A stretch of 64,000 nucleotides of DNA from the human T2T-CHM13v2.0 reference genome, Homo sapiens. Position 1 is the first letter of the stretch, and the number at the start of each line of letters is the position of its first letter. Below, piece after piece: positions 28,180 through 41,640 of this stretch. The translations under genes and the position numbers were made by a program. Below the pieces are notes generated by a model. The model made no database searches. It was not told where the DNA came from and was given only the letters and a program-made list of their open reading frames with translations. The stretch is from assembly GCF_009914755.1 (NCBI RefSeq), contig NC_060938.1, one strand, 5' to 3'.

Positions 28180-28770
28180 GACCAAGATGGCCATAAAGTT
28201 TTCCACAGCTCAACTGACAAGCTTCTTCCTGACTCTAGGCTCCTGATCTCCCTTTTCTTAGAGCATTTACTTTAGAAAACTTTTAAGATGTAAATCATTT
28301 TAAATGTCTTGACAGGTTTACAACCTAAGAATGACTTTCTTAAAGACGTGGAAGCCATCCCTTTGAAATGTAATCATTAAGAAGATAATGCCCTCATCTT
28401 CCAGTCTCTGTAAGAGAGTAGGAATCTAACATCAATTAGCAGACTGGCTAAACAGGATTTCTGGGTGTGTGTGTGAGGGTGTTTCCACATGACATTAGCA
28501 TTTGAATTGGTGGACTCAATGAAACTAACTGCCTTCACTTATGTGGATGAGCATCATCAATCTATTGAGGGCTGGAACAGAACAAATGGCAGAGAAAGGG
28601 AGAATTTGCCCCAGTTTCTGCCTGACTGTGTGCAGTGGTGTGCTAATTAGGCACTGATTAGCAGACACAAATGGCCTAAGAACAGAGAAACACTTTTACA
28701 CACTCAGGAATAAGTCATGCTTACCACCTTCCACTGATCAGATTCCCCCCATAACTTCTATTAAAATAAT
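28180..28770 (+). mobile_element. MER67-like ERV1 LTR interrupted by a templated MLT2 copy
   Basis: cttcttcctgactctagg...ttagagcatttactttagaaaac...gccatccctttgaaatgtaatc. Confidence 0.65.
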
Positions 28771-28784
28771 AGACCATGAAATCT

Positions 28785-28910
28785 AGGGCTTTACTACTGT
28801 GATCTGAGGACCAGCAACACTGGCATTCCTGGGAGATGGTTAGAAAAAAAAAAAATACTCAGAACTCCCTAAATCAGAAGCTGCATTTTTAACAAGATTC
28901 CCAAATGCGA
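28785..28910. mobile_element. MER5A fragment
   Basis: ggaccagcaacactggcatt...ctgcatttttaacaagattccc. Confidence 0.6.
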
Positions 28911-29384
28911 ATAAGTGGATAATGGAGGATGGAAAAGTGAACTGGATGTGTTAGAATGTGGGCTGTGGGATAAATTAAATGAAAGGATGGGATGGCATGG
29001 TCAAAGCCAGCAATGTTAAATCTAAGCTGAATACAAAGTGAGTTAATGGGGTTATCAATGATGGCATGGTCAAATTTACAATCATGGGTGGGACTGGCTG
29101 ACAGCAATCCAGGTGCTAGACTCACGGGTGAGGTGAGTAAGGAAGAGTGACAGGGAGGTCTTTAAGAGTGATGGCCATCAAAAAGAGTGCATAGTGCAAT
29201 GGCATGTGCTTCATGTTTTGGTTTTTAGAAAAACAAAGGAAGGAAACATAGTTTAGAAGTGTTAGCAACACCCCCTTTGTTGTCTCTAGTTGTGAGGTAC
29301 ATGCAAAGGAAATAAAAAACAGCCTTTTCTTGAAAGAGCTAGGTGGAGGTTGTGGCCTGAGGAAATGTGAGGTTTCAGATAAGC

Positions 29385-29597
29385 CAGGAATTGGCAAACT
29401 GTTTCTGTAGAGAGCCGGATAGCACATATTTCAGGCTTTGTGGGCCAGGTGGTCTCTGTCACAACTACTCAACTCTGTTCTTGAAGTAGAAAAGCAGCCA
29501 TAGATATTAAGTAAATAAATGAGTGTTTCAATAAAACTTTTTGTACAAAACAGGCAACAGGATAGATTTTGCTTGTGGGCTGTTTGTTGATTCCTAA
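29385..29597 (+). mobile_element. MER58A
   Basis: caggaattggcaaactgtttctgtag...caataaaacttt. Confidence 0.8.
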
Positions 29598-30559
29598 ACT
29601 GAGGCATCTAGATGAAGAGTAGTGAGGATAATAAATGCTAAAATGAGGATAACTGACCATAGGTTCCAGAGGAATTAGTGGAAAGCATTGGCAAGCTGTG
29701 GAAGATTTATGTCAAGTTAGGAGTGTGACACCCACTCTTAGTGAGCAAGATTTCTGCTGGTTGCTAAAGTAAACACCAACATGAGTCATGGAGAATTAGT
29801 CCTGATATTGTCTTCTTAAATTATAAATTAACCACTTATTTTATAATATTTCATCAACATACAACATACATTTTAAACTGTATAGAAGCTATAAAAGTGA
29901 AATGAAACTTGTGTGCCCAGCTTAAGAAATAGGTTATAACTAATGTTTTGAAGCCCTCATGCATCCTCTCACATTCATATCTGTCTTTCCCTTACTCCAA
30001 AGATAAGCTCTACTGTAAATATTTTGTTTTTGTTTTTAGTTTTTCTATACCTGGATTTAAGTTAAAGGACAAGTATAGAAATTGGATGACTGAATAAATA
30101 GTTAAGGACCTCAGGAGAGATTGAGAAACTTCTCTCCCAGAAGTGTGTTCTTATATTTCAAAGGCAGATAAAAATATGATGCCAGTCATTCATTTACATT
30201 CCAAAGAATTTGAAATTAGGAAACTTCCTCTTCTCTTCCCAGAGAAGATTTGTTTACATGAAGTAGATAAAATTATCCCCAATCTCTGGAGGAGAAGGTA
30301 GCAGCTGGGCAGTTTATAGCCCACATAAGCTCCCAGAATTGTAATTTTGGGATTCCTCGCCTTTGGTACAAAAATCTTCTTTTATACACTTGCAGACCTG
30401 GCTCTCATTGCATCACTTTGAAGGGGAGAAATAGGGTACAGGAAACCAATGTGCTTACTACTGTAATAATAGTCTTCCCCCAGTCCAGAAGCTTCATGTT
30501 TATTTTCGGGGCAAAATAAATAAACATAGATATCAAAAACTAACCATCAGCAGCAGTGG

Positions 30560-31870
30560 AATACATATTCTTTGTATTATATATTCTGTGGGCTCTGAGG
30601 CTTTAGAATTCCTATTTCCTAAAAGTACTCACGAGATTCACCATGAACACAGAAAAATCTTCACTGAATTATAAGCTATGACACCTGTGTGAAAGTTGGG
30701 GCTCCTCGTGTTTGCAGACCAGAAGATGAGAAAAAGGGTCATTATCCTGGCTGCATTAATTGACTCATGATCAGAAGGTAGGGATGCTGCTATACAATAG
30801 TGAAGAATGAGGCACCTTGTTCATCCACTTGGGCACTTCTTGATAATTCCTCATACAATTTTAATAGGAAATACATGTGTATAGCAGCCACAACCTGAGA
30901 AGTACATAAAATATCCAGGGCGCAGATCACTCCAGAATGAAGGACTATGCACCCCGCAAGCCATGGAGATCTGCAGAGGTGCTTTTTGAGGGAGAGAAGA
31001 ATCTAAAATGGAAAACAGAGATCATGAGTGCCAGTCATGATGGTTCTGATAGCAGCTGCAGCAATGACAGCTGTCGTTTGTCCCACTGATCATCCTCTTA
31101 TATAAGTTTCCCTTAATAAAAGTAGCCTATCTCAACCTTGCATGAACTGCATCCTCTCACATTCATATCTGTCTTTCCCTTCCTCCAAAGATAAGCTCTA
31201 CTGTAAATATTTTGTTTTTGTTTTTAGTTTTTCTATACCTGGATTTAAGTTAAAGGACAAGTATAGAAATTGGATGACTGAATAAATAGTTAAGGACCTC
31301 AGGAGAGATTGAGAAACTTCTCTCCCAGAAGTGTGTTCTTGTATTTCAAAGGCAGATAAAAATATGATGCCAGCCATTCATTTACATTCCAAAGAATTTG
31401 AAATTAGGAAGCTTTTATAGAAATTAGGAAACAGTTTATAAGAATACTCAAGCAGCACGAGGACTAGACGTTAGTGGATTCTGTGCTGCACTGCCCAGAT
31501 CCTCCTGTAGGATTGAATGACTTATTCTCTTAGCTTCTGGTAGTGCTACTGCCGTCAGACAGCACTCGGTGGCCACCTCACAGAAAGTCGTATTTCTGAC
31601 CTGGGCAGCCAATATGCAATGACTGTTCAATGCTGGGGGATAATCTCCCCTCCCCTTGTACCAACATGGAACAAGTGAGAAGGGCATGGGATTGACAGAG
31701 GCCTCCTTTGTTGACACTGCATCACTGACCACCTTCACCCCTGCCCACTTCTACTTTCTCCTTTCCTCTCTTTCCACAGCTCTTTTTTTCCCAAGAACAA
31801 CCTTTACTATTTCCCATAGGTTAATTTTAGTCTCATTGTCTTCTTCTTGAGGAACCCAACAAATAACACA
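30560..31870 (+). mobile_element. ERVL internal remnant plus LTR16-type LTR (~31470-31870)
   Basis: gtggattctgtgctgcactgcccagatcc...ggaacccaac LTR16 pattern, preceded by ERVL-int-like sequence. Confidence 0.65.
31148..31410 (+). repeat. 263-bp direct duplicate of 29960-30222
   Basis: Ungapped, 3 mismatches by eye, offset 1188. Confidence 0.97.
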
Positions 31871-32091
31871 TATCAGTTAATAAATTATTTTAAAAATATG
31901 TGTCTGAATGATACACTGATACTTTGAGGGATAAATGTTAAAAGTGTCCATTTGTAAAATTTAAAAAGAAACATTCTTAAAATTCCAGTGAAAAATGCAC
32001 AAGCTGATGGGAGCACTCACCAAAGCTGAGCACCTGCTATAGCACCTTCTCTGGAGGACAGATGAAAACTCATAGAGCAGTACTGTGGCAC

Positions 32092-32420
32092 CTTTGCTAG
32101 TCAAATGTGTAGCAGTGGCAGCAGCAGTCACCTCATGTGGGAGCTTGTTAGGCTGTCAGTCTCGCCCAGACCTGCTGAGTCAGATTCTTCGTTTTTATAA
32201 GATCCTAAGATAATTCCTATTCTCTGATTTAGATTAATGATTCTCAATCCTGACTGTAAGGTAGAATCACCTATGAGCTTTGAACAAAATACCTATGCCT
32301 ATGCCACACTCCAAATAAATTCTACCAGATTCTCTGGGATATGGTGTCTGAGCATTGGTATATTATAAAAGTTCCCAAGGCTTTTTCTAATGAATAGCTA
32401 GAGTTAAGAGTCACTGATAC
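32092..32420. mobile_element. Two adjacent MER5-type fragments
   Basis: cagacctgctgagtcaga; ttctcaatcctgactg...agaatcacct...ttaagagtcactg. Confidence 0.6.
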
Positions 32421-34166
32421 AGAGAGTATCCAAGGTTCGTTTTCCCCTTGAATGTCTTAGGTCAATCACAAATTTCTATAAAATCCTTCTGGATTCCCAT
32501 CACTAAGTTTCCATTTTTCTCTTAGAATTTTAAACCATTTGTTTCATTTCCATTCTTTCAACCTCAGAATGAAAATATGAAACTGTACATGGATCGGTTC
32601 GTTTATTGTCTGATTGTGGCTCTAGAAATTGCAGTTTTCTATCCTTCCTTCTCATGGGATTATGGAAAAGGTAAAATTAATAAATGGCCATAAAGCTCAA
32701 TTTCCAGGTACAAAAACCAATGCCATATTCACTCCCTTTCAAATACTGTTTCAGTTTGGTTAGAAGGATTTTCAATTTCAACGCATTTTTAAGGGTCAGT
32801 CAATGAGGTTTGGCACCAAGGCAAATTATTCAATCCTTTTATCTTCCCCAATGCTTTGAGAAAAATAACCAAAATAAGGGATGAAAGCATATAAATAGCT
32901 GCAGGCCATTGATTCCTGCACAAGCAAACATGTACCAAAGACAGGAAAAAAAAATTCCATCTCTCCCTTCTGCTCAAAATAGGAGACAATTCATATAGTC
33001 TCAAAAGTATAGGCCTGAATAAAGTAAATAGGTCTGAATAAAGTAGTAGACATAATAAATAATAAAATACGCATGTATTACATAGCAATTTTAAGTGTGC
33101 CTGGGGCATGGGGGCTTCTCCACATGTTCTAGAGACTTTCTATTGACTACAGTCACTGAAGTATAGGAAAAGGAATGGATAGTTTAAATATTTAAAAGCC
33201 ACTTAATAATAATATAAGTTAAGAAAGTCTATAAGCATGTCTAAGTAGAAACTTACATGCATGAATATTTTTTGTATGTTAAAGCTCACGTGAAGACATA
33301 TATTTAAAAACACATTAGAGCCGGGAATATTTTGTTACTGTTGAGGTTAAATAACTGAAAAAGAATATTTTGCTTATGTCAGTGGGAAGTTTATCAAACT
33401 GTTGTTAAAATTTGGAATTTGGTAGTTTTGTCATTATTATTATTATTAGGAATATATTAAGGAGAAGATACAGGAAAAATATCATAAAGAAAAATATTCA
33501 ACCGAAAGTCAAGTAAAGAAAGTTCTTCACAAATTGAATTACAAACATTAGAATTCATCCCTTCCAAATATGCTAAAAATGACTCAATTCCCAGAGCAAA
33601 ATTAAAATCAGAATTATTTTTATGATTGTTTTACAATTGCCTTGGCTATAAAGAAACATAGACCTATAAATCATTGTGGAAATACTTTTGAAATATTTTG
33701 AAAATAATTTTGAACTGAATTACTTGATTTTCCATTTTCAAATTCAGGAAACAATAGTACTATCATTTTTCTGACTATAGACATGCCTAAGAGGAAGAAA
33801 GTCAGGACTGGTTATAAGAGTCACACAGGTTTTCTGGCAGTGAACATATATTTTATTGACTGAACTATAAAGGATTGAAATTATATTATTTTAAGTTAAC
33901 TGTTATGATCTACATGTTCATTTGATTTTAAAGCTAATTGAACATTGAATGCAATATATTTGAAAATTTAACATCTAGAAAAAGTATACACAGACTTCCA
34001 AAAATTCACAGTGGGGTTGTTTGACATTTCAAGCTATACCAGACTCAACTACTCAATCATTTTCAGAGTAAAAAGTAATATTTACCTTTTAGGTACAAGG
34101 GAAGAGAAAGAATCTCATAAATAACTATGTTTAAATCTGAAAATATATGTATTTGTTAGTCTGTAG

Positions 34167-34225
34167 AATAGACTCTGTCCCTGTGTTAACTTGGAAAATA
34201 CATTTCCTTTGGAAAATCAAGATAA
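34167..34225 (+). pseudogene. Ghost exon: CDC25 'PPCVPFLGxYL' motif
   Basis: gtctgtag| ... |gtaagt; NRLCPCV plus frameshifted LGKYIS. Confidence 0.5.
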
Positions 34226-34234
34226 GTAAGTGTC

Positions 34235-34790
34235 TGCAGTATAAAAGGGACTTATAAAAAGGGAGGCTTTCTGTCACTGACAGAGTATGAAACTTCTATT
34301 ATGATATGTGCATGATTTAATTATTACAGCATTTTAAAGACCCTGTCAAAGCTTCAGATATTTCTGTCTGTGGCTTCGGACCTCAAATGGCATATTAATT
34401 AATTAAAGGTTTTGGCTGTATGGGTTTTTGCTCACAGATGTTAACTAGTAGTGTTTGTGCAGTTTTCAAGGTTACTGCTAGGAATCTTAGAATCACAGAA
34501 ACGTTGGTGGAGTCCATCTGGTCCATGGTGTGATGACAGATTCTCTGACAGCAAAGATTAGGGAGAATATTTCTCTAGACAGCCTTCCCCAATTAAAATA
34601 CAGAATCCTATAACCACTCTCCCCCTCTGCTCTTGCTCTCCTCATTTGCTAATTTTTGTTTCCATTGTACCAACAGCAGCCTGGTAGCTTTAGTAGGTAG
34701 GTACTTTGGCCTCATGAGACAAGATGCTCAATAAACTTCTCAAACTTGAAAACCTATTTAGTTATCAGCAACCTAGCGACTGTCAAAAAC
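34235..34790. promoter_or_regulatory. Candidate TALE/HOX developmental enhancer
   Basis: Six TGACAG sites, TGATTTAA and TTAATTAATTAA in repeat-free DNA. Confidence 0.35.
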
Positions 34791-35005
34791 AGGATATACT
34801 GTGAATCACCACAAAAGAAGTGAAAGAGGTTCTAGAGACAAGCGCTCCAAAGATGTTTTCTGCTTCATGCTTAATTAACTTGAATGATCAGTCTTTGGAG
34901 CATAAACAAATGAATCTTTTCACCAGAACATATTGTCAACAACCCAGGAAAACATTATGGTGCAATAAGCTTTAGAGATAATTCTTTGCCTTTTGTTAAT
35001 GCATT

Positions 35006-35104
35006 TTGAGTTATAAGCATTAGAATTCAACCCTTTCAAATATGCTGTAAAGGACATAATTCCTAGAGCAAAATTAAAGTCAGAATTATTTTTATGATTG
35101 TTTT
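35006..35104 (+). repeat. 99-bp direct duplicate of 33534-33632
   Basis: Ungapped, ~12 mismatches, offset 1472. Confidence 0.9.
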
Positions 35105-36049
35105 TGTGATTAAGAGTTACTTCCCGGAAATAATTCAAAAATTTTGATATGCTTCAAAATCTCTAAATCCTTTTCTTCTTCCATAAACTATATTTTAATT
35201 ATAAACTACTTATCATAAAAACTATTGACAGATTTTAACCCTTCAGACATCATAATTAAAAGTAGATTGATTTTTCTTTGTACATGAGCCTTCTATCAGC
35301 ACCATCCTAGTTACATGGGAACACTTTTGAAAGACGTGAAAATATAACGTTTTTGTGTCCAAAAATGCATTCCAAAAAGCAAGACTAAAACAAAGGGCAG
35401 TAATGACAAAAAGTGTAATTGAAAATTCAGAAACCTCATATGCTAATGGAGAAAATTTATTTTACTAAAAGCAATAAAAATGGATAGGGGGTTACTCTTG
35501 GTTATATATATTTAATATTATCTGTTATATAAGTGTTTGAAAAAATACATACAAGACTTTAGACTTCAGACATTAATACACATAGGACTTCAGATTTTTC
35601 CAGTGCATTTTAAGTTGTAAAGGGCAAAATGAAATAGTGGTTTTTGTAAACACAGGAAAGTTTAGAATTTCAGAGCTTCTAAAATGTGCAAATATATAAT
35701 ACTAGTACAAATGTTATTTTCTGATGTTCATTTTAAAATAACCAATTTAAGACTAACTTAGTGGTTATAAGGAAGTTGGGTATTTAATTTCAAACTGTTG
35801 TCTAATTTTATTTGTAAAAGTATAATTTAGTAAATTTGGTAACTCGTCATAGTTGTTCAAGTATTTCAGTGACAATATTTTTAATTTGGAAAAGTGTTGA
35901 AAGTAATATCTTGTTCATTATATAATGACTCATGAAAAAAACCCAAAATAATGCCTTAGTAAAACCAAAATAAACACATACATAATAACTTTTTAGAGAA
36001 TACTGAGGCTTGCGATTGTACTTGTTCTAAAATTGCTGCCTCCTTTCAG

Positions 36050-36099
36050 ATGTTTTGGGGCTTTTCCTTGAGATAAAACGTATTAAAAGTAATTGGAAG
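36050..36099 (+). pseudogene. Candidate ghost exon (VLGLFLEIKRIK)
   Basis: gcctcctttcag| ... AAG|gtatct; open frame. Resembles either 'FLGLFL' or 'GLVNFEKRR'; assignment ambiguous. Confidence 0.35.
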
Positions 36100-36559
36100 G
36101 TATCTTAAAGTAGGGATTTTGTTTTAATTAACTAAACAACAACAAACAAATCAACTTCTGCTGAATCAATCATCAGACCTTAGAGTGGCTTCTCTTTCCT
36201 AAAGGGTTTGTTTGGAACATGAGGCAGGCTGCATGTCATCTGATACAACTTGGAATCAGGTTAGTTGATATACATACTCCAGTCACATACACCTTATTTC
36301 AGAAACTTCTAAACACTACATCTAGGAGACTTGAGCAAAACCCAAATTCTTTTTTGTATGTTTCTCCACAAGAAACATCATTACTTCTGTGATTCTATGC
36401 AAATCAGACCTGTCAAATAGATCTAGGTCTTCCAAAATTTTAAAACTGTATGTGCAAGTTATTTCTCTGGGTTTATGTAAGTATTATCTACCATAGCCGG
36501 TGCTATTGTTCTAATAATAAATTGGACTGAATTATACTGAGCATACACAGTATTATTTT

Positions 36560-38550
36560 ATTAAGTCCCTCCTCTGGTCAATCTTGAGAAGATAATGTCC
36601 ACAAGCCTCCTCTCTTCTCTAGCTACAATATCTAAGAGAGGATTCTAGTTCTATTGATAATATCAAATATTTTTTCAAATAGATTGTATCAGTTTATAAC
36701 CCTGTCAAAAAATATAAGAATGACTATTGATAAACATACTCATCTATATTTAGTATAATTGTTTCATTAGTGTGAGAGGGTATTTGATCATTTTCCTGCA
36801 AAGGAAGATTAGTGTCTTTTTATATATTTCTTGGCAAACCATCTTTCCTCTCAGTAAAATGCATCTTTATGACTGTTGGCATTTTTCTGTTTCTAATTCT
36901 TTCATCTATTCTATATTTATTTGTGGGAGAACTTTATATGTTATATTAACTAATTCTCTGTTTTATCTATTGAAAATATCTTTCCTGGTTGTCTTTATGA
37001 TCATTTTGATGAATAAAAGTTTATAATTTTAATCGAGTTCAATTCATCATAATTTTCTTTGTGGCTTTTGTGCTTTTTAATTTTTTTTGTTTAAAAAACT
37101 CATTTTAAAACTTATCAAGGTTGCCTATTACATCTTCTTCTAAGAATTTTAAATTTTTACTTTTCATACGTGAATCCAAAATCCACCTAAAATTGATATG
37201 TATGTGTGGATGAACATGCACCTTTCTTGTTGGAAAACAATATAAATTGTCATACTGATTTTTGTATGTGCATCACTTTATTTCTAATCTCTCCCTTCTT
37301 CCATTGGTCAATGTCATACCATTGTGCTAATAATAGAGTATTTTAGTGATACGAATTTATAATAGTTCTTGTCATATGATACTAGTTTTTGTTTTTCAGG
37401 AGCTGGTTATTTTTGGCAATTTGCAATTTGACTGGAGTAGCAGATCAAGTTTTGGATAATTTTTATTTTGTATTAGAAAATTTTTCTATTTATAAACATA
37501 AACTAGATCTACATATTCCAAAATGTATTTAACAACCCTTTTATGAGTTTCTATAAAGTTTTACAATTTTTTACATTATGTGTAAGATTTGTTCCTTCTA
37601 ACATTATGTTTTTTCATCCTAAAGTGGACTGTTACTTATGATGAGCGGAGAAGCCATCGTAAGAGTTTAAAAGAGAAGTGATATGGTATAGATTATATTT
37701 TAGTTACTCTGGCCGCTCTACAAATAAACTAAAGCAAGGGTGGCACAAAGATAGACTAAGTATAGTCATTTTAAAAGTTGTTGCTATAATTCAGGAGAAG
37801 ATTATGGCAACTTTGCCAAGATTGTAGGAGTAGAGATAGAAAGGAGTTGTGACATTTTTTGACATATTTTGAAGACAGCAACGCAGGATATAGTGATAAA
37901 TTTGATATGCATTATGAGAGAAAGAGAGAAGTCATGGTGAACTCCAAGGTTTTTAGTTTGAGAAACAGAAAAAGTGATGTTACCGTTTAGAATATAGAAA
38001 AAACTGCAAGAGGAATACACGTGGGTGATGGGAATATAAGAAGTTCAATTTTGGAATGATAAGTGTGAGATCCCTCTTAGATGTTCCAGTTGTCGTGTTG
38101 GGTAGGTATTTAGATATAAGTCTAAAGCCTAGGGGAGAAGCCTGGTTGTAGATACACTTTTGGAAGTCATTAGATATAGGATTTTCCATGTCTTGAGAGG
38201 ATGAGATGACAAAAACTTGATGTATATTCTTAAAAAAGCAAAACAGCTTGAAGAATGAGGCATGTGGCACATCCATATTTAGAAATGTAATCATGAGGTG
38301 TACCAGCAAAAGAGACTTCTGTGGTCCACTCAGAAATGTATTAGGAATTGGAGTCAAGTATGATGTCTCAGAAGCAAAAGTTTGTAAAAGTGTTTTAAAG
38401 AGAAATGCTTGAGCAACCCCTGATAAGCCAGGTAAGATAAGAATTAAGATCTGATCGTTTTACTTTTCAGCATTGAATCATTAGTGACCTTGATGAGAAA
38501 AATTTCATGGAGAAATAGGAATAAAAGCATGACTAAAAAGCACTCAAGAC
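36560..38550 (-). mobile_element. Old L1M (~36560-37620) followed by L2 (~37620-38550)
   Basis: Degenerate T-rich L1, then purine-rich L2 pattern. Confidence 0.6.
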
Positions 38551-38759
38551 TATTTAAGGTGAGAAATCATGTCCAGCTTCATGTGAACATGTTTGGGCTG
38601 GCGTGATGGAGGATAAAAAAAAAAATGTGAAACAAAAATGAGCCCCTAGCCCACTCAGGAGCTGATCACAAATACATGAGTAAACCAAACCAAGACCAAT
38701 GAAATCTTCCAAATTGGAATCAGCACAAACTTCCAATTCTGCTGAATTGTGAACTAAAA

Positions 38760-39880
38760 TTTTAAAATGGAAAAGAAATAGACAACAACGAACCCAGAAT
38801 GATACAAAAAAAGAAACACTCAGAGAGCAAGAAAGAGTTCTTAAATTTCAACTAAAAGGATAGAAATATTTTAGGAGTTATTCAAACTCCCAGAATAAAA
38901 AGTTGATGAAATCATGCAGTAAGTGGGGAGGGGGAACAACAGTAATATAGAAAAAATGCACTTGAGTTGAGAAAATTAAGGAATTAAACCAAAAAGTTCA
39001 ATATGAATACAAATGCAAATTTTCAAAAAAGGAAATCAGAAAATGGAGAGTAGCAAGGTATCGAAGACATGATGTTAAAAAGCATATCCTAGAACTGAAG
39101 GGGATATATTTCCAAATTAAAAGGATTCCAGGAAAAAAACAGACAAAGCACATCATGTTCAAATTTTAGCACACTAAACAGAAGACCCTGTATTAATTTC
39201 CTAGGGCTCCTGGAACAAAATGCCCAAAATCAAGTGGAGTGCCTTAAAAAACAGAAATTTATTGTCTGACATCTCTGACTGTTAGAAGTATAATATCAAG
39301 GTGTCAGTTAGGTTGGTTTCTTTTGGGAGCCTAGAGAAATATATATCTAGTCCAGATCTCTTACCTTGGCTAATAGATAACTGTCTTCTTTCTGTTCTCT
39401 TGACATCATCTTCTCTCTACATGTATCTGTTTCCATGTTCTAATATTTCCTTTTTATAAGGACATCAGTTACATTGGATTTGGATTAGGGCCCACCTAAG
39501 TGACATCATCTTATATGTCTGGAAGGATACTATTTCCAAATAAGTTTATATTTTGAGGTAGTGAGTGGGGAGGGCTTCAACATATTAATTTTTAGAGAAC
39601 ACAATTTAACCCATAACAAGTCTTAACATCATGCAGAAAGAAAATTTTTATATAGATATAACAAATCACATAAATATAAGTGGATTCAGAATGACATTGG
39701 ACTATTCAATATACCTTCAAGGTTCTGAGGGAAAATGATTTTCAACCTAGAAGTCTTTACACACAGAACTAATAATTAAATGTAAAGGTGGGCTACAGAC
39801 ATCTTTAGACATGAAAGGGCTCCTGTGTTAACTTCTCATACTCCTTTTCTCTGGAAGCCACTGCTGCATATACTTAATAA
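38760..39880 (+). mobile_element. Old L1 ORF1-region fragment containing an MLT1B/C LTR (39189-39618, minus)
   Basis: gaaaatgattttcaacctagaa L1 ORF1 motif; MLT1 tgtattaatttcctagggct...ttaacccataaca. Confidence 0.7.
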
Positions 39881-39885
39881 AGGAA

Positions 39886-41640
39886 CAAAGGTGGATTTAC
39901 TATGAAGTTAATGAAGCTTTGGCTTAAGAGTCCCTCATTTGCACAAGCACCTTTCAATGGATGGAAGTGACCCTAGCAATGTGTTAACATGATCAAATGA
40001 TTTGGTGAACATTTAGAAGAAATATTATTTAGCCACTATTGATTAAGAAGCTACTGCTTCCTACCATCTTGGCTAAGATCAGGACTTCAGTTTTCTAAGT
40101 CTGAAAGAAGGTTTTGGACTAACCCAGCTGCCAGAGTTCTGCAAGTGTTCTGGTCTCTGGCAGGAGCTTAAAACAGATACAACTGCTACAGCAGTCACAC
40201 CTCTACCACTTTCATTTTTAGATCTAGTCTGGTGAGACAGAATGCTCACACAGGTCAGGTAAAGCAACTTCGTTACTCACAGGCAGCAAGAATCAACAGA
40301 AGCCTAGAATCCATGGCAAGCCAATCTCCCAAGCTCAGAAAGCCTCCCAGGTAGGATACATAGGATACAGTCTTTCCTGTGCATTTCCCACCTTGCACCA
40401 CAGCTGAGAGACTCTCAAGGCACTCAACTCTGGGTTTTACACCCCAGGGGCAACTTGGATCACTGGGCACAAGCATTGCCGGATGTCCTGCTCTAGGATG
40501 GATGAGAACAGAGCCTGAAAAGATCTGAAAATATCCTCATTATCACAGGATATCGCATTCTGGGCATATTCTACAATTATTCGGAAAACTGCAGGCAAGG
40601 GTAATAAGAACTCGGTCAGCCAACATCAGCTGCGGACCTGTCCTCCTGCAAAGCCTGTTATAGTTCCTCATACAGGTGTCCTGGAGGAGCTGGCTGCAGC
40701 TGTTTTTGAAGTCCAGCTAAGAAGAAGATTATTATAAATACACTATTTGGTGTTTAGTAGGACATATTTACAAAGCTCACATCATTCCCGTGTGTAATTA
40801 CATCTTTATCAGCTGTCTCAGTGTAAGAATGGCGTCTGATAATCTCCCCCCGACCATTATGCCAATTTATCTGGATTGGTGGCATCAAAGTTCAGTCAGG
40901 GATTTATCACACTAAGACTGTATCCTTCCACAGCTAACACCAGAGGACATGGGTAGGAAAAGAGATAAAAGATGTAAAATTTACAGGGGCCAAAATAGTT
41001 GGTGAAAAAATTAAACAGCCATCATGTGTATAAATGGTAAGCAGAACATTTTGTTCTCATCAAATCCTAGAAAAAAATAGACATTCTCTCCAGCGAGGAA
41101 TATACTGGATAATACAGGCTGCATGACTATAAATACACTTCATGTTTCTTCTTGATGGAAATTGTGCCAAAAATAGATTTTTACTGAATTCCTGTTTTTT
41201 TAGGGCATACAATTGTAGCAGTGCCACATAGTAGATCTGAGTGTAAAGTTGTGTGGATTGTATCTTAGCATCGTGTCTTGACTAATTTTGGAAGTTCCAG
41301 ATGAAATCTGCCCCTAAGTAAAACAATCCGTGGTGAAACAACCTGAGGAAACCAGTCTCAAGTGGTAAAATCTTAGAAATAATCTTGCATGTGTCAACGT
41401 ATGTGTACAATAAACATTTATGGTAGTTCAATACGGCTAGCAGCAATTCGTAAATGCATTTAAATTTATGGGATAAGAAATGAAAAGTAATAGGCAATTA
41501 TTATCTTCAGGAGAGAATTGTAATCATGGTACAATACTTCGTTTCATTGAATAATTACCCAGTCAGAACAATTTGAGCACTGTACATCAATTTAGTTAAC
41601 TATTATGATGTAATGACATTACAAGTTATAGGTTGTGTAT
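39886..41640 (+). mobile_element. Zaphod/MER115-like hAT-Tip100 transposon, 5' part
   Basis: Terminus caaaggtggatttactatgaagttaatgaagc; colinear match resumes after the LTR at ~40650. Confidence 0.7.
40200..40650 (-). mobile_element. ERVL LTR (MER70-like) nested in Zaphod
   Basis: Reverse strand tgcaggaggacaggtcc...gtaaaacccag...ctaggcttctgttg. Confidence 0.55.
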
